Shown piece after piece: positions 1 through 12,619 of a stretch of DNA of 64,000 nucleotides. The stretch is from Octopus sinensis (Eukaryota). The stretch spans positions 248,001-312,000 of the forward strand of contig NW_021832126.1 of NCBI RefSeq assembly GCF_006345805.1. Reading direction: 5' to 3'. Under the pieces are notes generated by a model. The model had not been told where the DNA came from. It worked only from the letters and a program-made list of their open reading frames with translations, and did not search any database. A program made the position numbers and the translations under genes. How positions within the stretch are numbered: position 1 is the stretch's first letter; each line of letters starts with the position of its first letter.

Positions 1-1118
1 ATATTTTTGTGAGTTTATGGCTTTTCTTATCAGCAAAATGAACTTGAATTGTACCAGGGTGGACCCAGAGTGTGTTCGCTGTTTGTTAATGGTTTTTTCC
101 AAATGTCTCAACTCCCTATTCTATGGAGTGGACTCGGAGTTTACGAGTTGTGTAAATCTTGAGATTAAATTTGTTTTTTACCAATTTCTTGTGTAAGAAT
201 GATATTTAATTTAGTTATGATAATTATTACGAGGCTATTGACTTGTTGGATTTATTCGCTCGAGTTGGCCGCGGTGGAATGATCTCGAAAGACTTGTATT
301 TGATGTCAAGGGTATTGTGTTTGTGACTAAATTAGCAATTTTGGCAAAGTCTGAATTTATATCAAAATGTGCAAAATATTAGAATTCATGAAATTTGGGA
401 TTATGCAAAAAAGCTTGGGGTGTCATTTGAGTTTTTTATTTCCGAAGATATTTGTGGTTTTCTCTGGATGTAACGTTTTTAAGGCAAACGAGATGACAAT
501 ATACTATAGAAAAATATACATTTACAATTTTTGATACTGATTTTTATATACAAAACATATCTTTATTTTCAAAGAAACGAATTTTAAAATTTCCTCTTTT
601 TTATTCAGGCAAGCACAGTTGTGACTGCGCGTATTCCAAAGTCGGGGAGATCGGTTGTCTTCCATTTCGGACTTCATTGACCAGACATTTACTAATTAAA
701 AATCGATCTCGTTTTTCAAGCTTTTTTATTTAAAGTAAGTGTATCTCGGGTTGACTCGGTAAGAATTTGGAGATCCAGAGATAAATGGCAATTATAGTTT
801 ATTATGCGTTTATAGGAGTCGGCTCCCCACGCCTGCGGGATCGAAAAAGGTCAGGAAACGCAGTATTTCTTTTCTTAAACTTTTCAGATACGTGGAAAGT
901 AAATTCCTACAAGTTCATGCTTCAGGAGCCATTTAACGGTCTCCTCAGTAGCTTTTGAATTCAAAACGGTACTTTTGGAACTTCTTGAGGAAAGACTTAG
1001 TTGGATGTATGAGCTTTGGCTTTTTATCCTACTTTTCGACTCTTAATCTTCTACACAAATCTATTTTACATCTTATCTTTTGTGTATTCGATATTTAAAA
1101 AGTTTTCACTCTTTAAAG

Positions 1119-3315
1119 CAGAGGTTTCCAAGCTTTTTTTTACGCGCCTCCCTTAGAGAAAAAGTACAATCTTGCGCCTCCCTTTATATTCCATAATATA
1201 ATACAATTATTATTTTATCAAAAACAATTTTTTAAAACAAAAAGTTAATGAGATAATTTTTTTTCCATCTTGGCGCAAAGTTTTTCAAATCTTGGTGTCA
1301 TCGCAGAGAGTGCTACTCTTAGCTCATTAGTCACTACTAAACGAGTTCGATATTTAGATTTAATTGCAGCTAGTGCAGAAAATCCAGTTTCGCATAAATA
1401 TGAAGTAGCAAATGGCAACAAAACTTTCATTGCTTTATTCGACAAAATTTCATATTCCGTTCTTACATTCAACCAAAAAGAAATTAGCGGTTCTCTCTCA
1501 AATTTTTGTTTCAATAATGTATCGCATGACAATTCTATCAATTTTTCTTTTTCAAAAGTTGTCAATGCAAATTGATTATCTTCTTCATCAATAAATGGAT
1601 TCTGTATCCATTCGAACATTTTACAGTCGAGATCTTTAAAATAGTGAGCAAAATGCTTCAACAAACAATCCAAATGTTCAGCAAATATGTCTTTGTTTGC
1701 TTCAATGTTCACTATGGCGCAAAAGGTGTTTAAAAGTGGAAACATGTCATAGATATTTTTTTGTATATTTGATTTCCATAATACCAATTTTTTCATAAAT
1801 GCTTTTATTTTGTCCTTTTGAGAGAATAAATGTAGTTGTGGTCCCTGCATTGATTTATTCAATATACTCAATTTCCCAAAAATGTCAACTAAATAGGCAA
1901 ATTTGACAATAAAGTCATCATCCCTGAACAACTTTGCATCTTCAATATCATTTTCATCAAGAAAATCTGCAACTTGATCTTTGAGTTCAAACACCCTTCT
2001 AATCACTTTTGCACGAGATAGCCAGCGTACCTCACAATAGTATAAAAGCGATGTATATTTTGAATCCATATCTTCACACAGCTTTGCAAAAAGCTTAGCT
2101 CTTAAAGGACTGTGTTTTATGTAGTTTATAACTTTTGTAATTTGCGCAAAAATATCGTTCAGTTCTGGACTCATATTCTTTGAGACAAGTGCTGATCTGT
2201 GCAGCATGCAGTGCGTCCAGATAATTTCTGGTGCTCTGTTTTTTACAAGAGCTTGAAGACCAGATTTATTTCCTGACATTGACTGTGCTCCGTCTGTACA
2301 AAGTCCAACACAATTGATCCATTCTATGTTATTTTCTTCAAAAAAAGTATCAATTATATTAAAAATTTCATTGGCCGTGCTCCTTCCAGGAAATGGTTTG
2401 CAGAATAATAGATCTTCTATTATTGTACTTTCTTCAGCATATCTGACATATGCAATTAAATGTGCATTTTTATTTATGTCAGCTCCCTCATCAACTTGTA
2501 TAGCAAATTTACAGTTACGTAGTCGAGAAACCAACTGATCACAAAGATCTTCAGATATGTCATCAATTCTTCTAGCGACTGTGTTATCAGCAAGCGGTAT
2601 TTGCTGTAATTGTTTTGCATAGGATTCGCCAAACATTGCTTCAACCATATCGATAGCTGCTGGCAAAACTAGAGTTTCTCCGATATTGTGCGGTTTCTTG
2701 CATTTTGCAATCCTGTAAGAAACTTTGTACGATGCTAGTAAAGCATTTGAAGAGACAGAAACAAGTTTTTTTAACGATTTCGTTTGGTTATCAAACTCTT
2801 CTAATTTTCTTTTAAAAAATTCTTCAGACTTATGGACATGTTCAGAATGCATCGTTTCAAAATGTCTTCTTAATTTGCATGGCCTCATACTATCTGCTGC
2901 AAGTGTTTTGAGGCAAAGCAAACAGAGGGGTTTTTCCATAGAATCAACAAAGATACGTGTGAATCCTAACAATAAGTAAGATGGAAAGTATTTTCTTGTC
3001 TTTGGAGTGGTATTGATTATATTCCAATCATTTTGATTTTTTGAACCATCGTCAAAATCTTTATTATTCGTGAATTTTCTTTTGCAACCACTCAAGAATT
3101 TATTCATGTGTTAAAATTATTTAATTGTCTAATAAATTAAATAAATTTTTGAAAAATATAATTTTTAAATTAATAACTCTTATTATCGGAATATAGTCAC
3201 GTTTTTTACATAGATATAATTTTCTAAAAAATGTTTCTGAAATACTTTTCGCGCCTCCCTTGACACGAGTCAACGCCTCCCTAGGGAGGCGCGCCTCCCC
3301 ATTTGGAAACCTCTG
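1119..3315 (-). mobile_element. Full-length Buster/Charlie-type hAT DNA transposon, copy 1
   Basis: 13-bp TIRs CAGAGGTTTCCAA at 1119 and ending at 3315. Perfect 8-bp TSD CTTTAAAG (1111-1118, 3316-3323) with the central TA typical of Buster-subfamily targets. Confidence 0.95.
1245..3107 (-). CDS. hAT transposase (ZBED5/ZBED8/Buster-like), uninterrupted 620 aa
   Basis: N-terminal Zn finger (CLLCLKTL...LRRHFETMH); catalytic-region motifs QVDEGAD, CTDGA, HCMLH, EVRWLS; C-terminal dimerisation motif FATSYLCETGFS. Confidence 0.92.
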   Translation of the reverse strand: MNKFLSGCKRKFTNNKDFDDGSKNQNDWNIINTTPKTRKYFPSYLLLGFTRIFVDSMEKPLCLLCLKTLAADSMRPCKLRRHFETMHSEHVHKSEEFFKRKLEEFDNQTKSLKKLVSVSSNALLASYKVSYRIAKCKKPHNIGETLVLPAAIDMVEAMFGESYAKQLQQIPLADNTVARRIDDISEDLCDQLVSRLRNCKFAIQVDEGADINKNAHLIAYVRYAEESTIIEDLLFCKPFPGRSTANEIFNIIDTFFEENNIEWINCVGLCTDGAQSMSGNKSGLQALVKNRAPEIIWTHCMLHRSALVSKNMSPELNDIFAQITKVINYIKHSPLRAKLFAKLCEDMDSKYTSLLYYCEVRWLSRAKVIRRVFELKDQVADFLDENDIEDAKLFRDDDFIVKFAYLVDIFGKLSILNKSMQGPQLHLFSQKDKIKAFMKKLVLWKSNIQKNIYDMFPLLNTFCAIVNIEANKDIFAEHLDCLLKHFAHYFKDLDCKMFEWIQNPFIDEEDNQFALTTFEKEKLIELSCDTLLKQKFEREPLISFWLNVRTEYEILSNKAMKVLLPFATSYLCETGFSALAAIKSKYRTRLVVTNELRVALSAMTPRFEKLCAKMEKKLSH

Positions 3316-3900
3316 CTTTAAAGGATCGAAAATATCAAACACAACCCTAACCTTTACTAACCTTATTTTAAAAGTCAATTCTAACTCGAAAAAACGCCTA
3401 TTAAGCCTAGCTTTTACAAATTCCTAATTTTAAAAACCAATAAGATTTTAATATTTACATTAAAAACAAAAAATTTCAAAACAAAGTCAATTGAGCTTTA
3501 TCAGCCTCGAAATATGTACGTCAGCTAAAATATCTCCTTTATCGTCCTCTAGAATATATAAATCCTTGCGAACAGTGTTTCTGGCCCATAAACACATAGA
3601 ACGGGATTTTTTTTAGTACTTTCGTGAACGGTGGAGTTATAATCAAAGATTTTATCTTTGAGAATGTTCTGAAAACTACCCGACGAATTGAACATTTTGA
3701 AACAATCTGAGCAACCTCAGTTCGGGTAACATCGTGATAGCGATTCGAACCTTGTCAAATAAACGATCTCGCCCAAAGTGATCCATATTATGTTCTGAGT
3801 TTAACTTATACTTTCCGACCGCCAAAAATGGCGTTTAGTATCTTCCTGTAGAATGTAAGTTTTTCCGCCTTTAAATCGAATCAGTACCGCAATGCGTAAT

Positions 3901-5816
3901 AATAATTATTTATTATTATTATCGGCAACTGCCGTAGAAACATAATAGTTAAATTTCCACACGTGCGGCACTTGAAACGATTTTCTTGATAATCCTTGTT
4001 CAACCTCCCCTGTTGCATGCTAAGATTCTCATTGCGTCCAGATCATCCCCATTTTTAAGCTTGCGGTTGATTGATTTGAGGTCAGCATCCAGCACCTCCG
4101 GTAGCGTATTGCGCGGACGTCCTCGAAATTTCTTTCCACTCGCGGCAAAATATTCTTCCATAGCCAAATTTGCGGGTGACGTCTGGTCCATCCGTAGGAC
4201 ATGTCCGAACAGTCTCCATCGGGCTTCCATTACATCCAGAATCACAGGTTGCGCTGAGCATTTACGGTAAAGTGCCCCGTTGTTGATCCGGGTCGGCCAT
4301 TGTACCCCACATAATATACGCAGTTGTCTTCGGTGGAAGGAGTTAAGGTTTTTAATTTTGGAAGCAGAGATCCCCCAACAAGAGGAGTTGTATAGCAAGA
4401 CCGGTTTCACAAATGCATTGTAGAGGCGCAAACGAAGCGCAATCGTTACCGGCCTGTTAGCCACCCAATACGTTTTCAGCCTGTTCAACGCGGCCGTCGA
4501 TAGTACTTTCCTCCGGGTAATGTCCTCACTATCTCCGAGGAGTGTGCCCAGTTTTCTGGAATGTCTCCATACATCATCTAGTCTTGAACTCATGCGTGCG
4601 ACTTCCGTGATTTCCGTTTTGGTTGTGTTCACAGTGAGGAACCATTTTCCAAGCTCTGCTGGGGAAACATCAAGTAACCGCCTCAAGGCTGCTGTGTCGT
4701 GTGATACAAAATCCACATCGTCAGCGTATACAATTTCGGTGATTTGCCCGTTATAAAAGAGCCTGAGATCACGCAGAGCCGCCTCCAGGTATATCACGAA
4801 CAGCAAAGGGGAAAGGAAGTCTCCCTGCGCGGTACCCACTGTCGTCGAAAAATTTCTGGATGACGTACTCCCAATTTGTACTGTCACTTCCGTGTTCGAC
4901 AATAGGACTGCTATCATCCTGACGCAGTCCCCGTCGAGGAATCACCGCAAAACACTAATAAGTTTTCCTCGGCGAATTGTGTCGAAGGCTCTCGACATGT
5001 CGATTCCTAGAATTGTAGTCGCACTCTCGAATCTTTGGCAAGTAGCGCTGCGCCACCTGTGTCCCCAGACCACATCAGCAGTAGATCTACCCGTCCTGAA
5101 CCCACTGTGGTTCGAAGACAGGAATTCGTTTGCAGGCTCTTGTATACGGTCTAGCACCACAAGATCAAGGATCTTTCTCAGCGTATTGAGTAGAATGACT
5201 GGTCGCAGGTTATCCACAGGGCCCATCTTCTTATTCGGTTTTTGAATCGGGTCAGAATTCCTTTGCCCAAAGGAAGAAGGTCATTAGTTGTAAACATTTT
5301 GTTTAGTACTTTGGCTATGATTTCCATCAGTGTTTTAGGATCGTATTTCAGTAACTCAGCACTTATGCCATCCGGTCCCGGAGAGCGATTACTTTTCAGT
5401 CTATTCGTAGCTTTCATAACTTCTTCCACCGTGATTTCATTTACCAGGTTTGCCGGATTAGTAGTGATTAGGTCCACCTTTTCTCCGTCAACATTAAAAA
5501 GTCGTTCAAAATGAGTAGCAATAAGTTCTGCTTGTTCCGTAGCATCAAAAATCATATTTCCGTTGTTGTCCTCGATCTTTAGTTTAATCTTTTGCTTCCT
5601 TCTCTTAAGCAACCTCATTGCTAAGAACATCTGTGCACAATCCTTTAGGTTCTCCACTTCTTTTAGCCTGGCATCCAAAACGTTTGCAGTCTCTTCGCTA
5701 TTTAACTTTTTGATCATTTTCTGTATCCTGGTACGTTCCGATTGTAAGGAAAGTTTTCTGACCATATCCGTTGTGTTCTCTAGCGAGAGTCGGAGAGCCT
5801 TCTGTTTTGCAGCCAT
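3901..5816 (-). mobile_element. 5'-truncated, frameshifted RTE-clade LINE (RT and C-terminal region)
   Basis: SPGPDGISAELLK, LRPVILLN, GIDMSRAFD, GTAQGDFLSPLLF, YADD, YNAFVKPVLLY...RWRLFGHVLRM across three ORFs. 3' (TAA)n-like tail at about 3901-3920. Confidence 0.85.
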
Positions 5817-5935
5817 TTATGATTTTGTCCACGTGTCCAATCTCAAGTCAGAAGACGACTTTTTCTATTACGTTTGTCGATGTGGAGAACGTTATATTGT
5901 GGACGAATTCGACATCGATTTATTTCTCCCATTAA
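5817..5935 (+). pseudogene. Fragment resembling half of a CSL zinc finger (DPH4/DNAJC24 or DPH3-like)
   Basis: IYDFVHVSNLKSEDDFFYYVCRCGERYIVDEFDID resembles the first CxC half of zf-CSL. The second Cys pair is absent. Confidence 0.4.
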
Positions 5936-8900
5936 GAGCCCGTGAGAAAACCTCCTCCCCCTCGCTGGCTACAATCGTCAAACAAGAATTGGCCTTGTAC
6001 GATAAGAACTGTTTTTCTATCCGTTGGCTGCGGGACCACCTCGCTAGCTCCGAATTTCCCTCTAGTTCATCATCCCATAATGTGTCCTCTCGCGCGAATG
6101 ATGTCGATCACCTCAACAGAAAGATTAATAGTAAACTTTTTGACGGCGACGTTCGTGGTGCAGTTAGGCTGGTCGCCTCGACAAGTTCCCTTTTGGCCAC
6201 GACCCCTGCTGTTTTGAATTCCCTCAGGGAAAAACATCCCCCTCAGCCAAACGACTTCAGGCCTCAGCCGTCCCCTGCCACCCTCGCTCTCAATCCTTTT
6301 GCTGTCTTGGAAACTCTTGTACTGAAAGCTCTAAGGCAGAGGTTTCCAAGCTTTTTTTTACGCGCCTCCCTTAGAGAAAAAGTACAATCTTGCGCCTCCC
6401 TTTATATTCCATAATATAATACAATTATTATTTTATCAATCCAACAATTTTTTAAAACAAAAAGTTAATGAGATAATTTTTTTTCCATCTTGGCGCAAAG
6501 TTTTTCAAATCTTGGTGTCATCGCAGAGAGTGCTACTCTTAGCCTCATTAGTCACTACTAAACGAGTTCGATATTTAGATTTAATTGCAGCTAGTGCAGA
6601 AAATCCAGTTTCGCATAAGTATGAAGTAGCAAATGCAACAAAACTTTCATTGCTTTATTCGACAAAATTTCATATTCCGTTCTTACATTCAACCAAAAAG
6701 AAATTAGCGGTCTCTCTCAAATTTTTGTTTCAATAATGTATCGCATGACAATTCTATCATTTTTCTTTTTCAAAAGTTGTCAATGCAAATTGATTATCTT
6801 CTTCATCAATAAATGGATTCTGTATCCATTCGAACATTTACAGTCGAGATCTTTAAAATAGTGAGCAAAATGCTTCAACAAACAATCCAAATGTTCAGCA
6901 AATATGTCTTTGTTTGCTTCAATGTTCACTATGGCGCAAAAGGTGTTTAAAAGGTGGAAACATGTCATAGATATTTTTTTGTATATTTGATTTCCATAAT
7001 ACCAATTTTTTCATAAATGCTTTTATTTTGTCCTTTTGAGAGAATAAATGTAGTTGTGGTCCCTGCATTGATTTATTCAATATACTCAATTTCCCAAAAA
7101 TGTCAACTAAATAGGCAAATTGACAATAAAGTCATCATCCCTGAACAACTTTGCATCTTCAATATCATTTTCATCAAGAAAATCTGCAACTTGATCTTTG
7201 AGTTCAAACACCCTTCTAATCACTTTTGCACGAGATAGCCAGCGTACCTCACAATAGTATAAAAGCGATGTATATTTTGAATCCATATCTTCACACAGCT
7301 TTGCAAAAAGCTTAGCTCTTAAAGGACTGTGTTTTATGTAGTTTATAACTTTTGTAATTTGCGCAAAAATATCGTTCAGTTCTGGACTCATATTCTTTGA
7401 GACAAGTGCTGATCTGTGCAGCATGCAGTGCGTCCGATAATTTCTGGTGCTCTGTTTTTTACAAGAGCTTGAAGACCAGATTTATTTCCTGACATTGACT
7501 GTGCTCCGTCTGTACAAAGTCCAACACAATTCCATTCTATGTTATTTTCTTATTTCTTCAAAAAAAGTATCAATTATATTAAAAATTTCATTGGCCGTGC
7601 TCCTTCCAGGAAATGGTTTGCAGAATAATAGATCTTCTATTATTGTACTTTCTTCAGCATATCTGACATATGCAATTAAATGTGCATTTTTATTTATGTC
7701 AGCTCCCTCATCAACTTGTATAGCAAATTTACAGTTACGTAGTCGAGAAACCAACTGATCACAAAGATCTTCAGATATGTCATCAATTCTTCTAGCGACT
7801 GTGTTATCAGCAAGCGGTATTTGCTGTAATTGTTTTGCATAGGATTCGCCAAACATTGCTTCAACCATATCGATAGCTGCTGGCAAAACTAGAGTTTCTC
7901 CATATTGTGCGGTTTCTTGCTTTTGCAATCCTGTAAGAAACTTTGTACGATGCTAGTAAAGCATTTGAAGAGACAGAAACAAGTTTTTTTAACGATTTCG
8001 TTTGGTTATCAAACTCTTCTAATTTTCTTTTAAAAATTCTTCAGACTTATGGACATGTTCAGAATGCATCGTTTCAAAATGTCTTCTTAATTTGCATGGC
8101 CTCATACTATCTGCTGCAAGTGTTTTGAGGCAAAGCAAACAGAGGGGTTTTTCCATAGAATCAACAAAGATACGTGTGAATCCTAACAATAAGTAAGATG
8201 GAAAGTATTTCTTGTCTTTGGAGTGGTATTGATTATATTCCAATCATTTTGATTTTTTGAACCATCGTCAAAATCTTTATTATTCGTGAATTTTCTTTTG
8301 CAACCACTCAAGAATTTATTCATGTGTTAAAATTATTTAATTGTCTAATAAATTAAATAAATTTTTGAAAAATATAATTTTTATTAAATAATAACTCTTA
8401 TTATCGGAATATAGTCACGTTTTTTACATAGATATAATTTTCTAAAAAATGTTTCTGAAATACTTTTCGCGCCCCCTTGACACGAGTCAACGCCTCCCTA
8501 GGGAGGCGCGCCTCCCCATTTGGAAACCTCTGCTCTAAGGGACTTTTCACCTGGAAGCAGTGGTGGCGTAGATGGTCTGAGACCAGGTCATCTGAAAGAC
8601 CTGACATCTCCCACTACCGCCGAAGCAGGTCGGAAACTTCTACGCTCAATTACCAACCTGTGCAACCGTTTCATCTCCGGTTCCCTCCCCGATTTTGCTC
8701 GTGATATTTTCTTCTCCGCCAACCTTACTGCCCTTGGGAAAAAGGACAACGGCGTGAGGCCCATCGCCGTGGGCAATATTTTCCGGAGGCTCTCCGCCAA
8801 ACTTCTGTGTCGAGCCATTGTTCCCTGTTTGTCCTCGAAGTTTTTGCCTGTCCAACTCGGGGTTGGCGTTCCTAACGGCTGCGAAGCTGCTGCCCATTCA

Positions 8901-9370
8901 ATTCGTGATTTAACTGAATCATTTGAGGATTTATTATGTTTAAATTGGACGTTTCCAACGCATTCAATTCCATCAGACGTGACCACCTTCTGGAGTGCTT
9001 TCGTGAATTAGTCCCTTTCGCCTATCCCCTTGTGCATCTCTCATATGCTTCCTCAAGTATCCTTATGTTCAACGATATACATATTTCTTCGTCTACCGGG
9101 GTTCAGCAGGGTGACCCCCTGGGCCCTGTTCTTTTCGCCTTGGGCGTTAATAATATTGCCCACTCTGTCCGTTCCCCAATTAACATTTGGTACCTTGATG
9201 ATGCGACCATTTGTGGCCCTCCCGATGTTGTTTTTGACGACCTCCGTTTTATTATTCCTTCCCCTCGGCCATATCCTTTCTGACGTCCAAGTCACCGAAA
9301 GTCGAATTTGATGATTCTCGGTGCTCCCATGGGTCCTTCTGCCCTTGAAGACACGTTGTCTCGTAAAATA
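5936..9370 (+). mobile_element. CRE-like (REL-type) non-LTR retrotransposon ORF remnant, split by hAT copy 2
   Basis: KLFDGDVRGAVRLVAS...LREKHP; removing the hAT rejoins LKALR/DFSPGSSGGVDGLRPGHLKDL; RPIAVGNIFRRL, KLDVSNAFNSIRR, GVQQGDPLGP, WYLDD. Confidence 0.85.
6337..8532 (-). mobile_element. Buster-type hAT transposon, copy 2 (near-identical to copy 1, with many small indels)
   Basis: Same TIRs CAGAGGTTTCCAA; 8-bp TSD CTCTAAGG (6329-6336, 8533-8540). The transposase is broken into several ORFs. Confidence 0.95.
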
Positions 9371-9384
9371 AGTCTGGTAAAGAA

Positions 9385-10313
9385 GTGTGTCAAAACTTGA
9401 GTTCTTTGTTTCGCCTAAATGGACCATGCAAATTTCTTCAATCAGAAAATGGGTCTGAATTAAAAAATCAAGAAATAACACAACTATGCGTTGATTTTAA
9501 CATCAAACAAATCCACGGAAGGCCCAATAATCTTCGGGCTCAAGGAATTGTCAAAAGATTCAATCAGACGATAACCAGGAAGTTGTCAAAAATGATGGAC
9601 AACAGTGAAAAAAAGTGGGTTGATAAATTAGAAAATACTGTATACAGTTATAACATATCTGTTTATTCATTTTCTAACGAAAGTCCTTTCTAAAGATATC
9701 GAGGAATAAAGGGAATAAATTCAATAATCCATGGTTATTATCTTATGTCTTAGATAATTTAAGTGATGAGTGCGTGACTTTGGAAGAAATGGATGATTTG
9801 GTTAATTGTTCGACTCCAGAATCGATTGAAAATTCTCGTAATTTGATTTAAAATATATATTTAGATTATTCCCAGTCAGACAATTTGTTGCCAACTGCGA
9901 AGAGATTCAATTTCGAAATTAACCCAATTGATGAAAATTCGATTTATTACAAAGCTATGAACAGGAGAATGAATGTTCATAATAGTAAGTATACTTTTAG
10001 CGTGGGAGATAAAGTAAGAATTAAAAACATTAATAAATAGGTACGGGTTAAAAAGGACTTTGGAACAAATCTTTCATTGCGACTGGATAAGTTTGAGTCT
10101 CCGTATTCTTCCGCTGCAGAAATAATTAATATTTTATCGAATAATCGCGTTGAAGTAGTTTTAAATATTTTAATTTAATAGATAAAAAATTCGAAAGGAG
10201 AAATATCGACAGTACTAATGACCAGACTAAAAAACAGTTACCAAAATTTTACTCTTTGTGGTTTTATTAATAAAATGAATTGAAGTTAATCTTAATTCTA
10301 GGTCAATGTAACA
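9385..10313 (+). mobile_element. Retroviral-type integrase core remnant (Ginger/TDD-like or LTR-derived)
   Basis: FLQSENGSEL...IHGRPNNLRAQGIVKRFNQTI...W...VYSYN; downstream VGDKVR-like motif; ends in TGTAACA at 10307-10313. Confidence 0.6.
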
Positions 10314-10389
10314 GGCTGCCCATAGGTATCGCGTGGCCCATGTGACATAACTCGATATAATTAAGAGTTAACACAGTCATCCATCCCAG

Positions 10390-10920
10390 GTGGACCCCGA
10401 CGACATAATTGACGTTGCGTTGCCTCTCACGATAGCAACAGAGATCAACTGGAGAAGCTACCAGGTCTCTCATGTGTGTTGTGGCTTTTTAATGTGGCTA
10501 AGTTTCTTTAGGAAGCAAAGCGATTTCTCACTTATTCCTCCATTTGTCTCGATCACAATCAGATAAAACGTGAATCGGTCTCGCAGCGCTTCGTATTTTC
10601 TCTCCTTTTCCTTCATTGTTTTTTCCGCGGCATGCAGTGTGTCCACTGGGCTCTGGCAATGTTGGACGGGCAGAGAGTGTTGACACAAGTTGAGTTTCAA
10701 ACTAGGGGTTTCCCCTTTTCAAATGGGAAAATTGTGATCCCATCAGGACGTTTTCTATCTCCTCTGTCAAGGCCAACAGGTTCAAGTACGCAGGGATATT
10801 CTGCAGACTCCTTGACAATTCCGTTGATCGCGTTGTGTCTTGGGAATTGTCCTGCATTTCTACAGAGAGGGCGTGGTGTCCATAGCAGTCTGCAATGATT
10901 ATGCTTTTTGTACACACAGC
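10390..10920 (-). mobile_element. CRE-like restriction-like endonuclease (REL) C-terminal fragment
   Basis: RHNAINGIV...LEPVGLDRGDRKRPDGITIFPFEKGKPLV, then ERKY...IETNG and ISVAIVRGNA in adjacent frames. Confidence 0.8.
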
Positions 10921-11775
10921 CGTTGTAAATACAGGTTGGCGAGGACCAGAGGTTTTACTGTACGCATAAATTCAGCGTAACGAGCCAGATATTTCTGTAA
11001 ATGATAAATCGAGTGAAATAAGCTAAAAGTAAGAAATGCCAGAAAAAAGATTTTTTGACTGCTGATGCGGACAGTATCGTCGTCAAGGTGGGTTACGACA
11101 CTATCAACGGGGAGTGCGTTGATCCAAGCTCACTCGATTTACATCTTCCAGTCACTAGACAGGCACGTCTGTGTTGGTTTGAGTGGTTCTGAAGCCTCTC
11201 ATATTTATCCTCGCAGATAATCCTGTCTTTCTGTCCCGGCATTATCCTCCTAGGATGCTCCATGTCTGTGATTTCAGATGATTCTTTTTGGAATTGGAGA
11301 ATCATTCTGATCAGCAGTCGGCTGGAGTCCAAAGGAGATAGATATCCGACTCATTATTCATTATTAATATGTTTATTGGTTTTTCAAGTCCTTTCTTATA
11401 CCAAGGAAGTCGATTTGAAGGCATTTATAAATGCTGATAAACATTATTAAAAGTGATTAGTGAATTTTCTTATTTGGTTTTTATATAAAGACACTATTGA
11501 TGGATATAATCTGCTTATTTTTTTATTTTCCGGTCAAGGTGATGCTGCGTCATCTCGGCAATTATTTTTACTGCAATGGCTTTCTAAAACATATATATAC
11601 ACAACGAGATGGAATTTATTGTGTGTCATTGTCCAATACTTAACAAATTGAAGATGTTTTGGGCTAGATTCGCCCTTAGGAGGGCCATTATGGTGAAATT
11701 CTATGCCAATCGATTTTTGAATCGATTTTCGAAATTTCTACGTTTCCTGAAAACGCCAAATTCTTTGATGTCAAT

Positions 11776-12335
11776 TTCTAACGCTATTTTTGTAGCGTTG
11801 GAAAAACCATTTGTTGTACTAAATTTTGGAAATATTGAGACTCACGAAAACAATGAAATGAGGTCAAAAAAAATGTTGCTCTATTAAAACAAAAAACAAA
11901 CTAAAGCACGGTCCCCCAGTCCAATTGTCGAAAATCTTGGTATACTGAATGGCCATACAAGCCAAGTGTTTTACTTGGTCTTTGACAGGGAAGAATCTCC
12001 AGTAACTATAAGTTTTTGTAAAATAAAAACCTTTACCTCGCATAATAATAAGCATGAAAACCTCCAGAACCAATTGCACAAACCACTTTGATGCACGGCG
12101 TAATTCGACGCCAATCGATTATTGAAATGTGACAATCAAACCCATCATAACATACAAGAATTACTTCCTATAAACTAAAGGAAACTTTAATTTATAATAT
12201 ATTCGTCGTCTAGTCGGAAATTTTGTACAAAGTCTTGGATGTCTTTTTCTAACGCTATTTTTGTAGCGTTGGAAAAACCATTTGTTGTACTAAATTTTGA
12301 AAATATCAAGACTTACTAAAACAATGAAATAAGGT
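11776..12335. repeat. About 90-bp direct repeat pair roughly 470 bp apart
   Basis: TTCTAACGCTATTTTTGTAGCGTTGGAAAAACCATTTGTTGTACTAAATTTTG occurs at 11776 and 12247. Confidence 0.8.
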
Positions 12336-12619
12336 ACCAAACTAGCGCCCATCCATTTCTTACATTTCCTGAAAATGATAATATTGCGTTGTTTGCGATT
12401 TTGAAAACTTTGGGAATGTAATCAATGACTAAATTAAGTAAATAATCATAATACTTTCCACAGGATTTTTTGAAGGATCAACTATTCTAGTATCTCCACT
12501 CAAAATGACGCCTCCGATATAGCGTATTGCAAGGATTGTTGTTTTGCTTTGCATTTTCTATAAAAAATACTCAAAACTATACAGTACAATTGATATGACT
12601 CCACAAGAAGAGGTGGGAG

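Noticed and set aside
1270-2979. Short plus-strand ORFs overlapping the hAT transposase, and similar antisense ORFs in TRRAP, ARS2 and MSH4
   Set aside because: They are antisense shadows of real coding sequence.
11050-11340. Weak resemblance of LDLHLPVTR to UBR-family E3 ligases
   Set aside because: Only a short motif with an in-frame stop nearby and no supporting blocks.
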